From Pseudogymnoascus verrucosus (lineage: Eukaryota): a DNA stretch of 64,000 bases. The stretch is taken from NCBI GenBank assembly GCA_001662655.1, contig KV460260.1. One strand, 5' to 3'. Made by a program: the position numbers and the translations under genes. Below are positions 23,371 through 35,630 of this stretch, piece after piece (the first letter of the stretch is position 1; each line of letters begins with the position of its first letter). The notes beneath the pieces are model-generated. The model ran no database searches, had not been told where the DNA came from, and worked only from the letters and a program-made list of their open reading frames with translations.

Positions 23371-25266
23371 TCACATTCCTGAGACAACGGTCTCGGTGTC
23401 ATCGTCGTTATCATCCGCAATAAGCACGCGCCCTCCAAGTTCAACGTCGCTGACATGCACTTTATAAGCTAGTGCCTTATTACCCTCAAGTATAAGCTCT
23501 TCCGTCCATCCAAGACATCGTTTTATACTCTGATTCATCTTCTGGCTATCGACCAGAAGTTGCTGGTGTTTTTCTAGATCCAGCTGTAATCTCTCTTCAT
23601 CACGCTTTCTGTGGCGTGCATCGCTTTCTGCCAAAGCAGTAGGGCTGAGGGTCCCGTCATCGGCAGAGTCCAACTCAGAAGCGTCGTCGTCGTCTTCATC
23701 GTCGTACTCCTCGCCGCTCACATCGGAAAATTGATCTTCTTCGGTAATTCCACTCAGACTTAGATGGCTACCAATGGAGGACCGGGTTGCTGCTGTGGCT
23801 ATCGAGAGACGCCCAGACCGGCTCAGTCGGCGATATCTCCGTAGTTCAGCGCTTTGCTTTCGCATCTCGCGCTCAAGGGTTCGGTTGATTGCTGCAAGTG
23901 ACGAGTTTGTTATTTCGAGATCGAGCACCTTCCTTTCCCGTCGGGCATTGGCAGCAAGTTCGTTTAACTGCTCCAGAGAACCCCCCGCCTTCACTGGGCT
24001 CCTCAATCCGGAAACCGAGGACGAATCATCTGCTAAGGCAGCCTCCGAACCTTCCTCTGTTGAAGAAAGGCTTGTCCTGTCAGTAGTAACCGGCAGAGGC
24101 ACATTGCGAGCTTCATTCGACTCTATGTTCGAGCGTGACTCGTCTAGTTGGCCAACGCTGGGAGATTTGGCACGAGACCAAAAAGGATTAGGCGTTGGAC
24201 CCTCGTCTCCGGAAGTAGGGGCCCCATTCTGATTCTGATAAAGTGGTGGTGACGTATAGGGCGCTTGGATTAAAGGAGGCGAAGTATAGGGTGCTGAAGC
24301 TAAAGGAGGCGAAATATAGGGTGCTGGGGCTAAAGGAGGCGAAGTATAGGAAACTGGGATTGAAGGGGGCGAAACGGTTGAAATCCTTCTGGCCACATAG
24401 GTATTGTTGTGATCGGCAGGCTTCGTAGGTGATGAGGGCCGGCCCTGGAATGCAAGGCGAGGTGGTCCAGAAAATGGCGTGGTTGACACTGTCGACCCCG
24501 CGCGAGTGTATGGTAGCTTTGTAGTATCCGGGGTCCCATTGGCGTGAACAAATCTCGCCCTGGATTTATCTTCTGATGCGGGCAAAGTTGGTGATTGTCC
24601 AGGTTGGTTTGTGGGGGAGGGAACTGCGTTCCCGTTTGCATAAAGGAAGCTGTTCTGCTTTGGAGCACCCGGGCGTTGACGAGCAGGCTGGGAGTTATTC
24701 GATTTTGCGTCGCTGGCATAGAAGAACTTCCCCGCTTGCTGCGATTGCTGCGTTTGATGTTGTGATCTGTCTTGTGCACTTCCCATATCCGATATGGTTG
24801 GGCTAAATGAGACAGTGGGCTTCGACGGGAGGTCGTCGAGTTGAGACAGCCCCAGACCCCCGCTATACACCAGATTGCCTCCAGATGCAAGAGTGGGCTC
24901 CGTTGGTCTTAGTGCTGTCGGAGTGCCAGTGGGAGTCGGGTTCGCACTATCCAGCCTCGACTTTCTTGACCCGGACCTTGGTGTGATGTTGTCGCTGAGA
25001 AAGGAGCCGACGGGGGTTGTTGTGCGTTCGTCCCTCTGAGGGCCGTTGGGGGTAGTGTCCTGACGCGTTGCTCGTCGAAGCAATGGTGTCACAACGTTTG
25101 CAGGAATTGCGCCTGCGATCTTGGGAGTTAAAGGTGTGGTGTTCATCGTTTTCATGCCCGCTGCGCCCAAAGGCGACATGACGGGCCTCTGGCCATGAGG
25201 ATTCGGCTTATCGACAGGCATAGCATTGCCGCTCTTCGAAGTCAGAGGACCATTCGGCGCTCGCAT
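23371..25266 (-). CDS. Conserved fungal low-complexity protein with C-terminal coiled coil; function unknown, start uncertain
   Basis: Long ORF with LAANARRERKVLDLEITNSSLAAINRTLEREMRKQ and LQLDLEKHQQLLVDSQKMNQS. Confidence 0.8.
   Translation of the reverse strand: MRAPNGPLTSKSGNAMPVDKPNPHGQRPVMSPLGAAGMKTMNTTPLTPKIAGAIPANVVTPLLRRATRQDTTPNGPQRDERTTTPVGSFLSDNITPRSGSRKSRLDSANPTPTGTPTALRPTEPTLASGGNLVYSGGLGLSQLDDLPSKPTVSFSPTISDMGSAQDRSQHQTQQSQQAGKFFYASDAKSNNSQPARQRPGAPKQNSFLYANGNAVPSPTNQPGQSPTLPASEDKSRARFVHANGTPDTTKLPYTRAGSTVSTTPFSGPPRLAFQGRPSSPTKPADHNNTYVARRISTVSPPSIPVSYTSPPLAPAPYISPPLASAPYTSPPLIQAPYTSPPLYQNQNGAPTSGDEGPTPNPFWSRAKSPSVGQLDESRSNIESNEARNVPLPVTTDRTSLSSTEEGSEAALADDSSSVSGLRSPVKAGGSLEQLNELAANARRERKVLDLEITNSSLAAINRTLEREMRKQSAELRRYRRLSRSGRLSIATAATRSSIGSHLSLSGITEEDQFSDVSGEEYDDEDDDDASELDSADDGTLSPTALAESDARHRKRDEERLQLDLEKHQQLLVDSQKMNQSIKRCLGWTEELILEGNKALAYKVHVSDVELGGRVLIADDNDDDTETVVSGM
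24238..24352 (-). repeat. 30-bp coding tandem repeat, four copies of (P/S)Y(T/I)SPPL
   Basis: TAAAGGAGGCGAA(G/A)TATAGG recurs with a period of 30 bp. Confidence 0.85.
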
Positions 25267-26047
25267 TATCGCATTCTGCTCGTCGGGGTTCAGCGCAGGC
25301 AATCCTTTTGACTGTCGGGATGTTGCAGCTCGGGAGAATCGGGTTGTACTGTCTGTTGGTGTTGGTGTTGTTGGTGATACTGGGTATGATGCGGTGTGGT
25401 CTTGTTTGGAGTGGGCCGTGGTTATTATGATCTTAGATTGGAGTTTGGCCGTGGAAATGCGCCAATATGTACTGTACCTTTTTGTCATTTGACTGTCAAC
25501 CCACACAATTACTTTATTTACCCCTCTACTTTATGAGTATCAGCGGGGGAGAAGGAGTATATATTATATTATCTCTGCTATATTTACTGTCTTCTACTAT
25601 TTACATGGTAACCAGATCAAATCTCTGCAGCTCATCATCAGCGGTGTCTGTCCCCTGTCTCAGTTTACTTTTCGCAGGTAAACAAAGACAACCAAAGACA
25701 ACCGATGGGACGCGGACAGAAGAGTGAAACAAAAACGGACAGTGCATAGCTAATACCTATATTTATGTACTCCTGTCATAGCACCACCACCCCCACCACC
25801 CTCGGTAGTACACAAGTACTTTGGGCCAAGTAACTCAGATGATAGTACACTATTATTGCCCCGCCAAGAATATCTCCTCTCTTACTCGCAGCCTGCAAGC
25901 CTTAATATGCTTATCGCACCTTCTGTTCCACGAACTATAATATATTTTCCCCTCACACCAACCCGCATCGCATAACATCTCATCTTATTTATACCCTCGC
26001 CTCTCCCCAAGGCTATAGCGGCGTCCTTCCCTGCGTCCATCCCTGTT

Positions 26048-27055
26048 ATGACTCTGATCGGCGTGTCAATACTAATCGCCACTTTCACAATCTTCCTCTT
26101 CAAGGTGCCGCCCTCAACATGGTTCGCCGCCTGGTTCCCCAAGGCGGCTGACAGCAGTGGCGATGTCTCGAATGGCGATCTGGATAAGACAAAGGCGGGC
26201 CAGGTAAAAGATGGGGGTGAGACCAAGGGAGACGGCAAGGAGGAGAAGGAAGACAAGGAGGACACTACACTTCCGGATGCGGGCGTGAAGGAAGCCAAGG
26301 CTGAGCTGGATCGGAAGGCAATGCCTCCTCCTCCAAGCTTCCTGATTAAACCGCCAAATGCACCCAGCAATGGGGCTCTGCCTGCACGAGGAGGGGCACC
26401 TCAAAATGGCCTAGCTGCGCCATCACAGCCATCTGTGAGAGGGCAGGGACTATCCGCCCCCGCGCTTCCCTCCTTCCCAGCTCTCAATTCCGCACAACGC
26501 GCTTCCGACAGCCGCGGCGCGCCACGGTTAAACCCAATACCTTCAGTGCAACCCCCTCTTCGCTCAGTCTACTCCGCGTCTCCGCCAGGACGGTCACCAG
26601 CCCCAAACCGCGGTGGGAACTTCTCCCTGGCGCCGCCACCGACACATAGCTCGATTCCTCCCAAGCCCAGGCTAAAGGTTGGATTGACGCCTGGTCACTC
26701 CCCGCTTGATTGGGCCAAGTTGTCCGAGGCGCCGAATGCCAATCTGCGGGGGCTTCCGGCAGATACTCCGTATCTGAAGGTCACGCCCTCGCAGTTGCGG
26801 CACTATACTGGGCGCAAGGGGAAGGATGCTTGGACGGTGTTGGGCGGGAAGGTGTATAATATCACGCCGTATCTGCCATACCATCCGGGTGGGGAACCTG
26901 AGCTCATGAAGTGTGCTGGGAGGGATGGCACGAAGTTATTCGCGGAGATCCATCCTTGGGTGAACTGGGAGGGGATGCTTGGGGCGTGCTTGGTTGGCAT
27001 TGCTGTGGGAGAGACAGAGGTAAAGGAGGTCAGCGCATTAGAGAGTATGGACTAG
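26048..27055 (+). CDS. IRC21: Cytochrome b5-like heme-binding protein (Irc21 type) with an N-terminal hydrophobic segment
   Basis: KVGLTPGHSPLDWA, DAWTVLGGKVYNITPYLPYHPGG, HPWVN. Confidence 0.85.
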   Translation: MTLIGVSILIATFTIFLFKVPPSTWFAAWFPKAADSSGDVSNGDLDKTKAGQVKDGGETKGDGKEEKEDKEDTTLPDAGVKEAKAELDRKAMPPPPSFLIKPPNAPSNGALPARGGAPQNGLAAPSQPSVRGQGLSAPALPSFPALNSAQRASDSRGAPRLNPIPSVQPPLRSVYSASPPGRSPAPNRGGNFSLAPPPTHSSIPPKPRLKVGLTPGHSPLDWAKLSEAPNANLRGLPADTPYLKVTPSQLRHYTGRKGKDAWTVLGGKVYNITPYLPYHPGGEPELMKCAGRDGTKLFAEIHPWVNWEGMLGACLVGIAVGETEVKEVSALESMD

Positions 27056-27732
27056 AGTATATAGGTTTCCTCTGCATTTATAGCGGGCATGTGTAATGAT
27101 AGAAACTGAGGTACTAGACTAATCGATACATGATACCCTTGGATTATGCACTTTTGGACTAGGTGCGATTGCCAATACTCCACAAATTGCTATGGATTTT
27201 TGTTTACATTATTATCAACCTATCAAGGGGCTTAAGAGGTCAATCATAGACTTTATAGGGTGAATGAAGATTATCATTTCCACTCAATATGGGTGTATTA
27301 TATAATAAATAGCACATAAGCTCGCCAGGCTCTTGACAGAGGGGCCTCTATTATTGCGCATTTCCATCAAATTGCGCCGCAGACCCTCGTTCAGCCACAA
27401 ACCACCATATCCCTTATCCCGCATAGCCTCTTCCTTGTATGTCATTTTTCGACAGGAGATGGCGATACTGCTGGAACATTATGGACCTACACGGCCGCGT
27501 CCCTCATCTTGTTTCCTGGCGATGCCTACGATCGACGTAGGGCAGTCTGGGACGGATCTGAAGATGTTGCGAGTACTTAATCACGAGTTGGCCCCGTAAA
27601 GTCATACTGGGATCCGGCTGATCAAGTGTGGTGATAATATAGACCAATTTCAGTTCGGCTGTAGGACAGCATAAGCTGGATCCACATAGCAGCTTTCGTA
27701 GGGAGTAATAATCGGCCCTAACTAAACTGGCA

Positions 27733-30309
27733 TCATTTTCTCTTCTGGAACCGGAAGCCAAGTCCATCGTCGCTGTCGTCACTGTCTTCTTTCTGAAAGG
27801 GGCGCTTCGCCTTTTTAACTGGGGGCGGGTTCATCAAAGCCGCAGTAGAAGGTCTCTTGTTCGACCCAGATCGGCCAGAGTGAGCGCTACTTGGTAAGCT
27901 CTCTGATTTCCTAGTATCCCTCACCGACTTCGAGAGTGATGGCCCTTGGTTAGATGAGTCCATAATAGATTCTTCGACATCGCTTCTCGTTGTGAGCGTC
28001 TGAGACTGGATTGACGACTCGTTTTGGCTGGTCCTTTGCGACTTATCCTTCTTTCTCAGCTGGGATGCTTTATCGTTCTTAAGCCAATAACTATCACCAA
28101 TGCCGAAATCCTTTTGCTTGGCCACTTCCAGCGACACGATAACCTTGTGTGCGGCAGGTGGCCTATCTCCCCCTTTCTTCCTGAATTTCTTGAAATTCAC
28201 ACGGCCGTTCCACTTCTCATCCCAGCGATCACTCCTGGCTTCATCTCTCGCATGTACTGCTGCACCTGGGTGCCTGACTTCCATTTCTTTAATAGACGAG
28301 AGATTCCGGACTTCGGCAGCATCCACATCTTCAGCGCCCTCACCCAACGCATCTTGCTGGGAGTTTGCGAGAGAGGTTTCCACCCCTTGCTGCTGCAAAT
28401 ATGTAGGAGCATCGGCCTCTTTCTTGAGTTTCCGGGGTTTCTTTGCGGCCTCCTTGGGCTCTACGGAACGAGCTTTTGGTTCCGCTGTTGCCAAAGGCTG
28501 ACCAGGGGGCGGTGTCGGTTCTCCATTAGCAAGTCGCAACCGTTTCAGCTTCGCCGCGGCTGGAGCAAGTTGATCCATTATATCCTCATTGTCTGATTCC
28601 TCCACCCTTGGGAGTGGGCGCTTCGTTCGCACTCGTGGCGCCTCCGACACTACAGCTCGGTCAACTTCAGTGGTATTCTGGTAGTCCATGGCTGAAGAAT
28701 CCTGTGGTAGCGAGCTGCTGGCAGGTACAATGGTTTCATTTGGTTTATCAGTGTTGCCACCATCAAACTCGTCATCGAAGCCAGTAAACCTGCTTGTCAC
28801 TGCCCTTCTCGACCTTCCCACTCGCCTCGATGGTGGCTCAACGGTTTCAGTTGAGGGCGGCTGCTTCTCTTCCGAGCTTCTAGAGAAGCCAGTACCACGT
28901 GCTACTACAGCAGGTTTAGCTTCTGCCTTCTCTTCCAATGCACTCGCAATGGCTCTACGAGGCTCATCTGTCATCAACGTTGCTGGTACGACCGATGATT
29001 CAAGCTCGAGAGGTCTCCGAAGCACACTAGCATCATTGTTTAAAATAGCATCTAGGAACTCGCTCTGCTCAATTAATCGGTGATCAAGCTGCAATGAAAC
29101 TTGCTGGCCGAAATCGGAGTAAAACGGTAATGTTGGCCCTTTTACGGGTTGGTATCTCACAACCACCACTCCTGTCCCAGTACTACCATCTTCAAATTCG
29201 CCCGTGCCTTTTTCTCCTGCAACGCTCTTCACGTATCGAACGAACTCCTCTGCCGTTGTACTAGCTGGATTTACCTGATGGAGCAAAGCCTTCCCTTTGC
29301 CGTTCGTTATTGGCGCAATTAGATTGTCAAATTGCGATTGTTCGTAGAACACAAACGTGTAGCCCTCGAAGATTGTAAACCTTGCAGGGTCTGGTTGGTA
29401 TGACGAGGATGGTCGGTCCGTCTGTTCGGGGCCCTTAGGGGGGAGATGATCAAGTTCTTTTGGCCAGTTTGAGTCAAAATCCGATTCAAGAGCTGAGTCG
29501 GCGCCAGGATCAGCAGTGGTAACGTTGACGATTGCGTGGATGAAGGAGTGGTCGACGATGTATTTCCCGTTGATGAGTGCTTGGAGCCCTTTGGATGTGT
29601 TGCGTTTCTTAGCCACAACATGGGTTGTACTTTGGTGCGCATATTCAACGAGAACCTTTATATCGAGGCGCTCCAGGAGTTCAACGAACGAGGAGATCTG
29701 GTTGTTGCGGAGTTCCTTTCCAGTGAAGGAAAATGTCAAGACAACTGGAATCCATCGAATTCTATAGCTTGTCAGTAATCAAGTCAAGATCAAAAGGTCG
29801 GCTGCAAGACGAGACCTGAAAAGCTTTTCATATTGCCCCAACCGGATATCATAGTCATTATCCTCCAGTACATGGCGCTGGCCTCTAATCTGAATATTAT
29901 TGACCAACGTTCCTATCTTTGTATTGAGATCCTCCAGAGTGATTCGCGATCGAGTGTTTAGACGCCCCTTTGGTATGTTAGGAATATGATCTGTTCAAGG
30001 TAGGGTCTATGAACTCACGCAATCTCCAGGCTTAACTTCGTCAACTTCGACAACCAGGTGCTTCCTGGATATGGTTTTATTCGCGATCGCGAAGCCGCCG
30101 GCTAGCTGCCATGTGAGTAGACGAGAAGGATGGTGCTCAGAGAGACCTTACAATCTGCTAATGTTCGTCCCAAAATAAATCTTTTCCCTGGGCGAAGCCA
30201 GAGTCGCTTGCCTGTGCCAGATTAGCATGCAGCCTGCCACCATGGGGTTGGTCTTCCACTTCGAATACATACCGTTAAAGGTGTCGCCATCACTTTCAAT
30301 GACCCACAT
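27733..30309 (-). CDS. NBS1: Nibrin/Nbs1 (MRN complex; FHA + tandem BRCT), multi-exon 5' end
   Basis: MWVIESDG|GKRLWLRPG..FGRT, KTISRKH, DLNTKIGTLVN (FHA), THVVAKKRNTSKGLQALI (BRCT), NFKKFRK Mre11-binding motif, acidic tail ending FRFQKRK. Confidence 0.92.
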
Positions 30310-30640
30310 TATGTATTTCCCTTCACTTCAACTCGGCATACCGCAGTTGTGGTTATAACTGCATCTTTCTGAGCGAACATTTGGCGTTGATAAGAAGTTC
30401 GTACCCGCCTGGTCCCTCGTCTCAAGCCCACGACACGTAAATTACACGAAGTCACGTGCTCAGTATATATTGGATTTGAATGGAAGTTCAGATGAGCGCC
30501 CTTTCTTCGCTGAAATTGTGATTAATTAAGTCTAATAATCCAGAAACAAATAATCTAAAGCGAAGTGGTAGGCTTATAAGCTTATGAATAACGCTTAATT
30601 TAACATCAAAAATGGGCCATGTGGACTCTTATGTGTCGTC

Positions 30641-32686
30641 TCATAGAGGACCCCTGGCCCTATTCATTGGTCCCCAGTTCTCCCTGGGATTCACTTGATA
30701 CCTCACCAGCTTCTTTTTATCCGTTTCTCTCCCGAGCGACTCGTCAAAGACGATCTTCAGACGCTCATTGCCTCCGCCGTCCCCGTTTCCTGCTTCTTCG
30801 TTGTCTGCCTTCTTCTTATCAAATCCCATTACTTTCCATCCTGGAGTTCCCTCTCTAACAGCCCCTTCCCTAACCGGGGCCTTTTGCCTTGCCCATTCAC
30901 GCATAACCTCCCATATAAAACTCCACGGCGCATCCGTTTTGATGGTCCCTGCTTTGGTGTGGCTGCGTGTGACCCTGTAGCCCGCATGTCTGAGTGCACC
31001 ACGAATGGCATTCTCGTCGGGAGTGATGCAATGAATCACTTTCGACAATACTGACGGAATGAAGTAAAATGGGAATGGATCGACTACCGATGGATCCGCT
31101 CTCCCTTTTGGAACCGGTGGCGGAATGAGGTTATCTGTCCGCGGCGGGGGTGGTAGTGTCTCTTCCAGCGCCATACTCAGCATTCCTTCGAGTCTTGTGG
31201 TGGTTTGGTAAGTCTCCTTATCGACCTTTGGCAGCTCGTCGAGAATACGCCGTATGAACTTCGCGTCGTGCAGCGGGCCCGCCCACATCGGCCCTCCCAG
31301 ATGTCTATGCCACCCACAGTGTTCACAATTCTGTCCTGTGGTAGGCGCTTGAGCAAATATATGTTTCCAAAAAGTGCCTTTCCCGCTCTTGTTCGGCCGC
31401 ACCTGGTTCTTTGCCAGAAGCTGCGTCTCCCAAGACCCGCATCCCTGGTCGCAGTTATAAACCATCATTGTTTTACCAGCAAGAAATTTGACGTCTGCTG
31501 GGGACTTGTGAATCTTCACAAACACCCTGGCGTAGAAATCGATGGACAAAGAGAGCAAAGGCTCAATAGCAAGCCCATAGCGCGCGGCAGAAGTGGCGAT
31601 GGCGTGAAGTATCAGTCGCAACCCGCCTTCATGCGAATGCATTCCCTTGAGCGGCAATCCGCCATATAAAGAGTAGCACTTCTCTGGGTAGCCATTCGAG
31701 GCCCAGACGCCAGCATCAGTGCAGGTTACACAGAGAAGGCCTCCATCATCACGGACAGCCTGAACAGCTCCATCAAGGAAGGGGACCGCCGTGCCATAGG
31801 GGTCGAGGTCGATAACATCGTATTTCTTGGAGGGCTTGTATCGATGAGAATCAAGGGGTGTCTCGCTAGCAAAGTTGTACATGTGAGTTATTGCGTTCCC
31901 AGTGACGGGGTTGATCTTAGATGTGAGTTTATTATGGAGGACGTTCAGGTTGATTGCTCGTGTAGCTTCCGGGAGAAGGTCGTTAGCTGTGACAGAGGTG
32001 GTGAATGGGATCTCGTGTGCATATCGGAGGGCGCGCAAGCCAGTTGCTGAAAGGGCGTCGAGGATTGTAAACTGTTCTTGCTGTTTGGGCTTATTCGCTT
32101 CGTTTTGTTCCTCCGCTGCTGGCGCATCTATTTCCATGGCTGTCTGTTCCGGTACTTCATTTGTGGCCAGGGTAACTGCCTCAACACTGTCACTGATCGT
32201 CGTCCCCGGTGCCACTGCGTCCTCCCCGCCATCTTTATTCACGGCTTCATCCACACGCTTCCGTTTCTTGTTCTTGCTCGCAGCCTTACGCCTCTTCTCG
32301 GATTCGGCTTCCTTTTTAGCAACTGCACCCTCTCCATATGCCCTGATTGCCAAAACACTCAGGTCGCGATTGAATTGTTGGATTGGGTTATAAAAGACCG
32401 ATTGGGATTGATTGTCGCCACTTGGGTTGGTTTGAGGCACCAAAGGCCCATTTCCAGGGACAAGAATATACGCAAGCCCTTCCTTTATTGTGCTGTAGTC
32501 TTTTCCATCATGGTGGATATGTTGACTGACAGCAGGAGTTGCGCTGATGTCTTTTGCGAGGGAATTGGTTTCCGAGGAAGACATTGCGCAGAATGTTCGA
32601 GCAGCCACAAAGTACTGTGCTCCTCTACAGCCTCTATATCCAATAACACGGGCAAACTGTAACTGTAATCGTTGTCTTTGAATCAT
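30641..32686 (-). CDS. TRM1: tRNA (guanine26-N2,N2)-dimethyltransferase; second in-frame ATG at 32584
   Basis: VFYNPIQQFNRDLS, ILDALSATGLRALRY, DVIDLDPYG, LCVTCTD, IKTDAP, YQVNPRENWGP. Confidence 0.96.
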   Translation of the reverse strand: MIQRQRLQLQFARVIGYRGCRGAQYFVAARTFCAMSSSETNSLAKDISATPAVSQHIHHDGKDYSTIKEGLAYILVPGNGPLVPQTNPSGDNQSQSVFYNPIQQFNRDLSVLAIRAYGEGAVAKKEAESEKRRKAASKNKKRKRVDEAVNKDGGEDAVAPGTTISDSVEAVTLATNEVPEQTAMEIDAPAAEEQNEANKPKQQEQFTILDALSATGLRALRYAHEIPFTTSVTANDLLPEATRAINLNVLHNKLTSKINPVTGNAITHMYNFASETPLDSHRYKPSKKYDVIDLDPYGTAVPFLDGAVQAVRDDGGLLCVTCTDAGVWASNGYPEKCYSLYGGLPLKGMHSHEGGLRLILHAIATSAARYGLAIEPLLSLSIDFYARVFVKIHKSPADVKFLAGKTMMVYNCDQGCGSWETQLLAKNQVRPNKSGKGTFWKHIFAQAPTTGQNCEHCGWHRHLGGPMWAGPLHDAKFIRRILDELPKVDKETYQTTTRLEGMLSMALEETLPPPPRTDNLIPPPVPKGRADPSVVDPFPFYFIPSVLSKVIHCITPDENAIRGALRHAGYRVTRSHTKAGTIKTDAPWSFIWEVMREWARQKAPVREGAVREGTPGWKVMGFDKKKADNEEAGNGDGGGNERLKIVFDESLGRETDKKKLVRYQVNPRENWGPMNRARGPL

Positions 32687-32894
32687 TCACGCAACTTGCC
32701 AGTGGGGCGCGTTCGGCGCTTCGTCTGGTCTTGAGGCTAGACTTTTTCTGCCAGGCGGTGGGTTTCCCGGAGCTATACAAAGTACGTACCAACCAAATTA
32801 TAACCCCCGCCTTTATTTACATACCCCACCTCAATCACATCTGACATTCCTAAATCACCAATTCCTCCACAATCAAAGAATCACTATACTCAAC

Positions 32895-33872
32895 ATGTCT
32901 GATATCAATCTCACAGAGATCCATGACCTTCTAGTCAAGGTCGCCCACCAGGCGGGCAAGATGATCATGTCTGCAACCCCGCAAACGCTTGGTTCCGACA
33001 CCAAGAAGAACTGTACGCCCCCACTATATAAAGTCCAGAGCACGGTTTAAGCAACCAACCGGTTCTAATGCTTCCTCATATGATTCGGCTGATATCTTGT
33101 AGCTGCCGACCTTGTCACTGAAACTGACAAGGCTGTGGAGGCCATGGTGACCTCTGAATTGCGCACAGCGTACCCGAAGTTTGACTTCATTGGGGAGGAG
33201 ACATACTATCCGGGCCAGCCATTGACTGATGCTCCCACGTTTATTGTCGACCCGATAGATGGCACGACGAACTTTGTCCACGCCTTTCCAAGCGTCTGCA
33301 TCTCCCTTGGTTTCACGGTGGGCCGAGTGCCAACGGTCGGCGTCATTTACAACCCATTCCTCAACGAACTCTGGACTGCCATTAAGGGCCAAGGCTCCTT
33401 CTTGTCGCAAAACGGTGGCCCAAAGCAAAAGCTTCCTTTAAAAGCTAGCCCTGAGCCATTGAAGGACCTTAGCACTTGCCTTGTCGGTGTGGAATGGGGC
33501 TCAGACCGCAGCGGGATCAACTTTGACATTAAAGTCAAGGCCTTCGCCAAGCTTGCCGCATCCAAGGAGCAGGGAGGTGCCATGGTACACAGCCTGAGGT
33601 CCATGGGCTCTGCTGCGCTTAACCTTGTCGCCGTAGCTGCTGGCCAGCTAGACGTATACTGGGAAGGAGGATGCTGGGCGTGGGATGTTGCAGCGGCATG
33701 GTGCGTCCTCGAAGAGGCTGGTGGTATCATGAGAAGCGGCAACCCAGGGGAAGAAGTGTCTGTGGACTGCAGGAAGTTCCTCGCTGTGAGAGGTGCACCC
33801 AGTGGCCAGCAAGATATTGTCGACGAAATATACAGGGTTCTTGGAGACAGCCGAATGGATTACCACCAGTAG
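32895..33872 (+). CDS. INM1: Inositol monophosphatase; intron 33013-33102
   Basis: DLVTETD, FIGEE, IVDPIDGTTNFVH, RSMGSAA, WDVAA. Confidence 0.93.
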
Positions 33873-33970
33873 TTGATCTTCATTTGGCGTGCATTAGATA
33901 TATTTCATAGCGATTAGATCCCCGTTTTTATAAAATGAGAAATTAAAAGCAAGCTCATGAACGTACTGAA

Positions 33971-34074
33971 GGCTATACTACCAGACATTAACGGACAGTG
34001 GCCATACTACCAATCATGAAAAGACAGAGGCCATACTACCAATCATAAACAAACAGAGGCCATACTATACCAAA
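33971..34074. repeat. Intergenic 29-bp-period tandem repeat, 4 copies
   Basis: GGC(C/T)ATACTA core at 33971, 34000, 34029 and 34058. Confidence 0.85.
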
Positions 34075-34374
34075 TCTTGGTCAGTGACTGGCAACTGTGA
34101 GGAGACTTAATAGTTATCCATCTGCTAGGACTTGATTATATTTGCTGGGTTGCTTAAATTTTGCAAAATATAAGCATATTAAAGTGTTATGATAAAGCTT
34201 GGCTAAGTCCTGTCACAAGCTATCAGCGCTTGTGACGTCGTTGCACAGCCACAGATGCCCCTCTGTGGAATCTTGGCACCTACGCTACTCGTCAACATTC
34301 ATGAACCCAACCTCTCTGATTCAACCCTCACAACATCTAGATATTGCACTCTTGTATCTGAAATAGCTATCAAG

Positions 34375-35630
34375 ATGCTGGAATACTTCACATATAAGAA
34401 AGTAAAGAAGCACCAGGCCGAGAAACGCGCCCGAGAGGAGGCTCTGACGCCACCACTCAAACCAGTTCTAAGCCCCGACGATGAGAGGTTCATCGAACAC
34501 CTTGTCTCTGAGGGGACACCACCACCACTTCCCGAACGCCCGACTGCTTTGAACCAAGAGCTTGTCATAGCCGATGAAAACACACCACAGCTAGAGAGGT
34601 CTATAAGCAAGGGAAAAAACAAGGAGAACGAGAAGGGACCAGAGAAAGCGAAGAAGAAGGAAAACCGATTCTCGTCCTTGTTTACAAAGTCGAAGAAAGA
34701 CGACAAAAATGCGAAGGCAAATCTCCCGGCTGAGGAGGTTGAGAAAGAGGAAGATGATATCACCCGAGTTCTGAACGACCTCAACCTGTCGGCAGTCAAC
34801 AACCGCGCACTGTCTCTTTCAAAAGAATCCAACGAGCTCATGGAGAAGTTCACTCTCGTCCTTAAAGACCTCGTCAACGGTGTCCCGACTGCATACGATG
34901 ATCTGGTCCATCTCCTGGATGACTCGCAGGGCACACTTTCGAAGACCTATGAGCAGCTTCCTTCGTTCATGAAGAAGTTAATCGCGCAATTGCCCGAAAA
35001 GTGGACCAGTACACTGGGTCCGGAGATTCTGGCTACAGCCGCAGAGGCCCAGAAGTCAGGTATGGCGGAGGGTGCAGCTAGCGCAGCTGCGGGCGGAGGA
35101 TTCATGGGGGCGGCCAAGGGATTCTTGAAGCCGAACGGCTTGAAAGACCTCGTTACGAAACCCGGAGCAGTCGCTGGATTATTGAAGACTATCATGAATT
35201 CGCTGAAGTTGAGATGGCCTGCATTCATGGGCACGAATGTTTTGCTCAGCTTGGGTCTATTTGGTAAGATATTCTACTCCACGTTACAGTATGCATTCTA
35301 ACTTTTATAGTTCTACTTTTCTTCTTCTGGTATTGCCACAAACGAGGCAAGGAAGTACGACTTGCAGCAGAAGGCAAGACGGAGGTGGTCGACAGTGAGG
35401 GCCGTATTGTCGAGCTTGATGATGATCTAGCGTTGGAGTCCAGCGCGACGCCCAATGCTGAGTCCAGACGACGAAGCCGTGATTCGCGCCGCCGTGATCG
35501 CTCGCCGAGACGGCTAAGCCACGATTCGCGTCGTCTCGATAGCGGCTCTTCACCAAAGAGAAGAAGTCGTGATTCACGTCGGCAAGATGCCTCAGACGAA
35601 GCCTCTTCATCCAGACGTCGCCACGACTAA
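34375..35630 (+). CDS. Conserved fungal hypothetical protein with a C-terminal TM segment and an Arg/Ser-rich tail; intron 35264-35310
   Basis: MLEYFTYKKVKK, LKDLVNGVPTAYDDL, RWPAFMGTNVLLSLGLF|VLLFFFWYCHKRGKEVRL. Confidence 0.85.

Noticed and set aside
33971..34074. CRISPR-like repeat/spacer appearance
   Set aside because: Eukaryotic context, the 'spacers' are related to each other, the 29-bp period is too short, and there are no cas genes.
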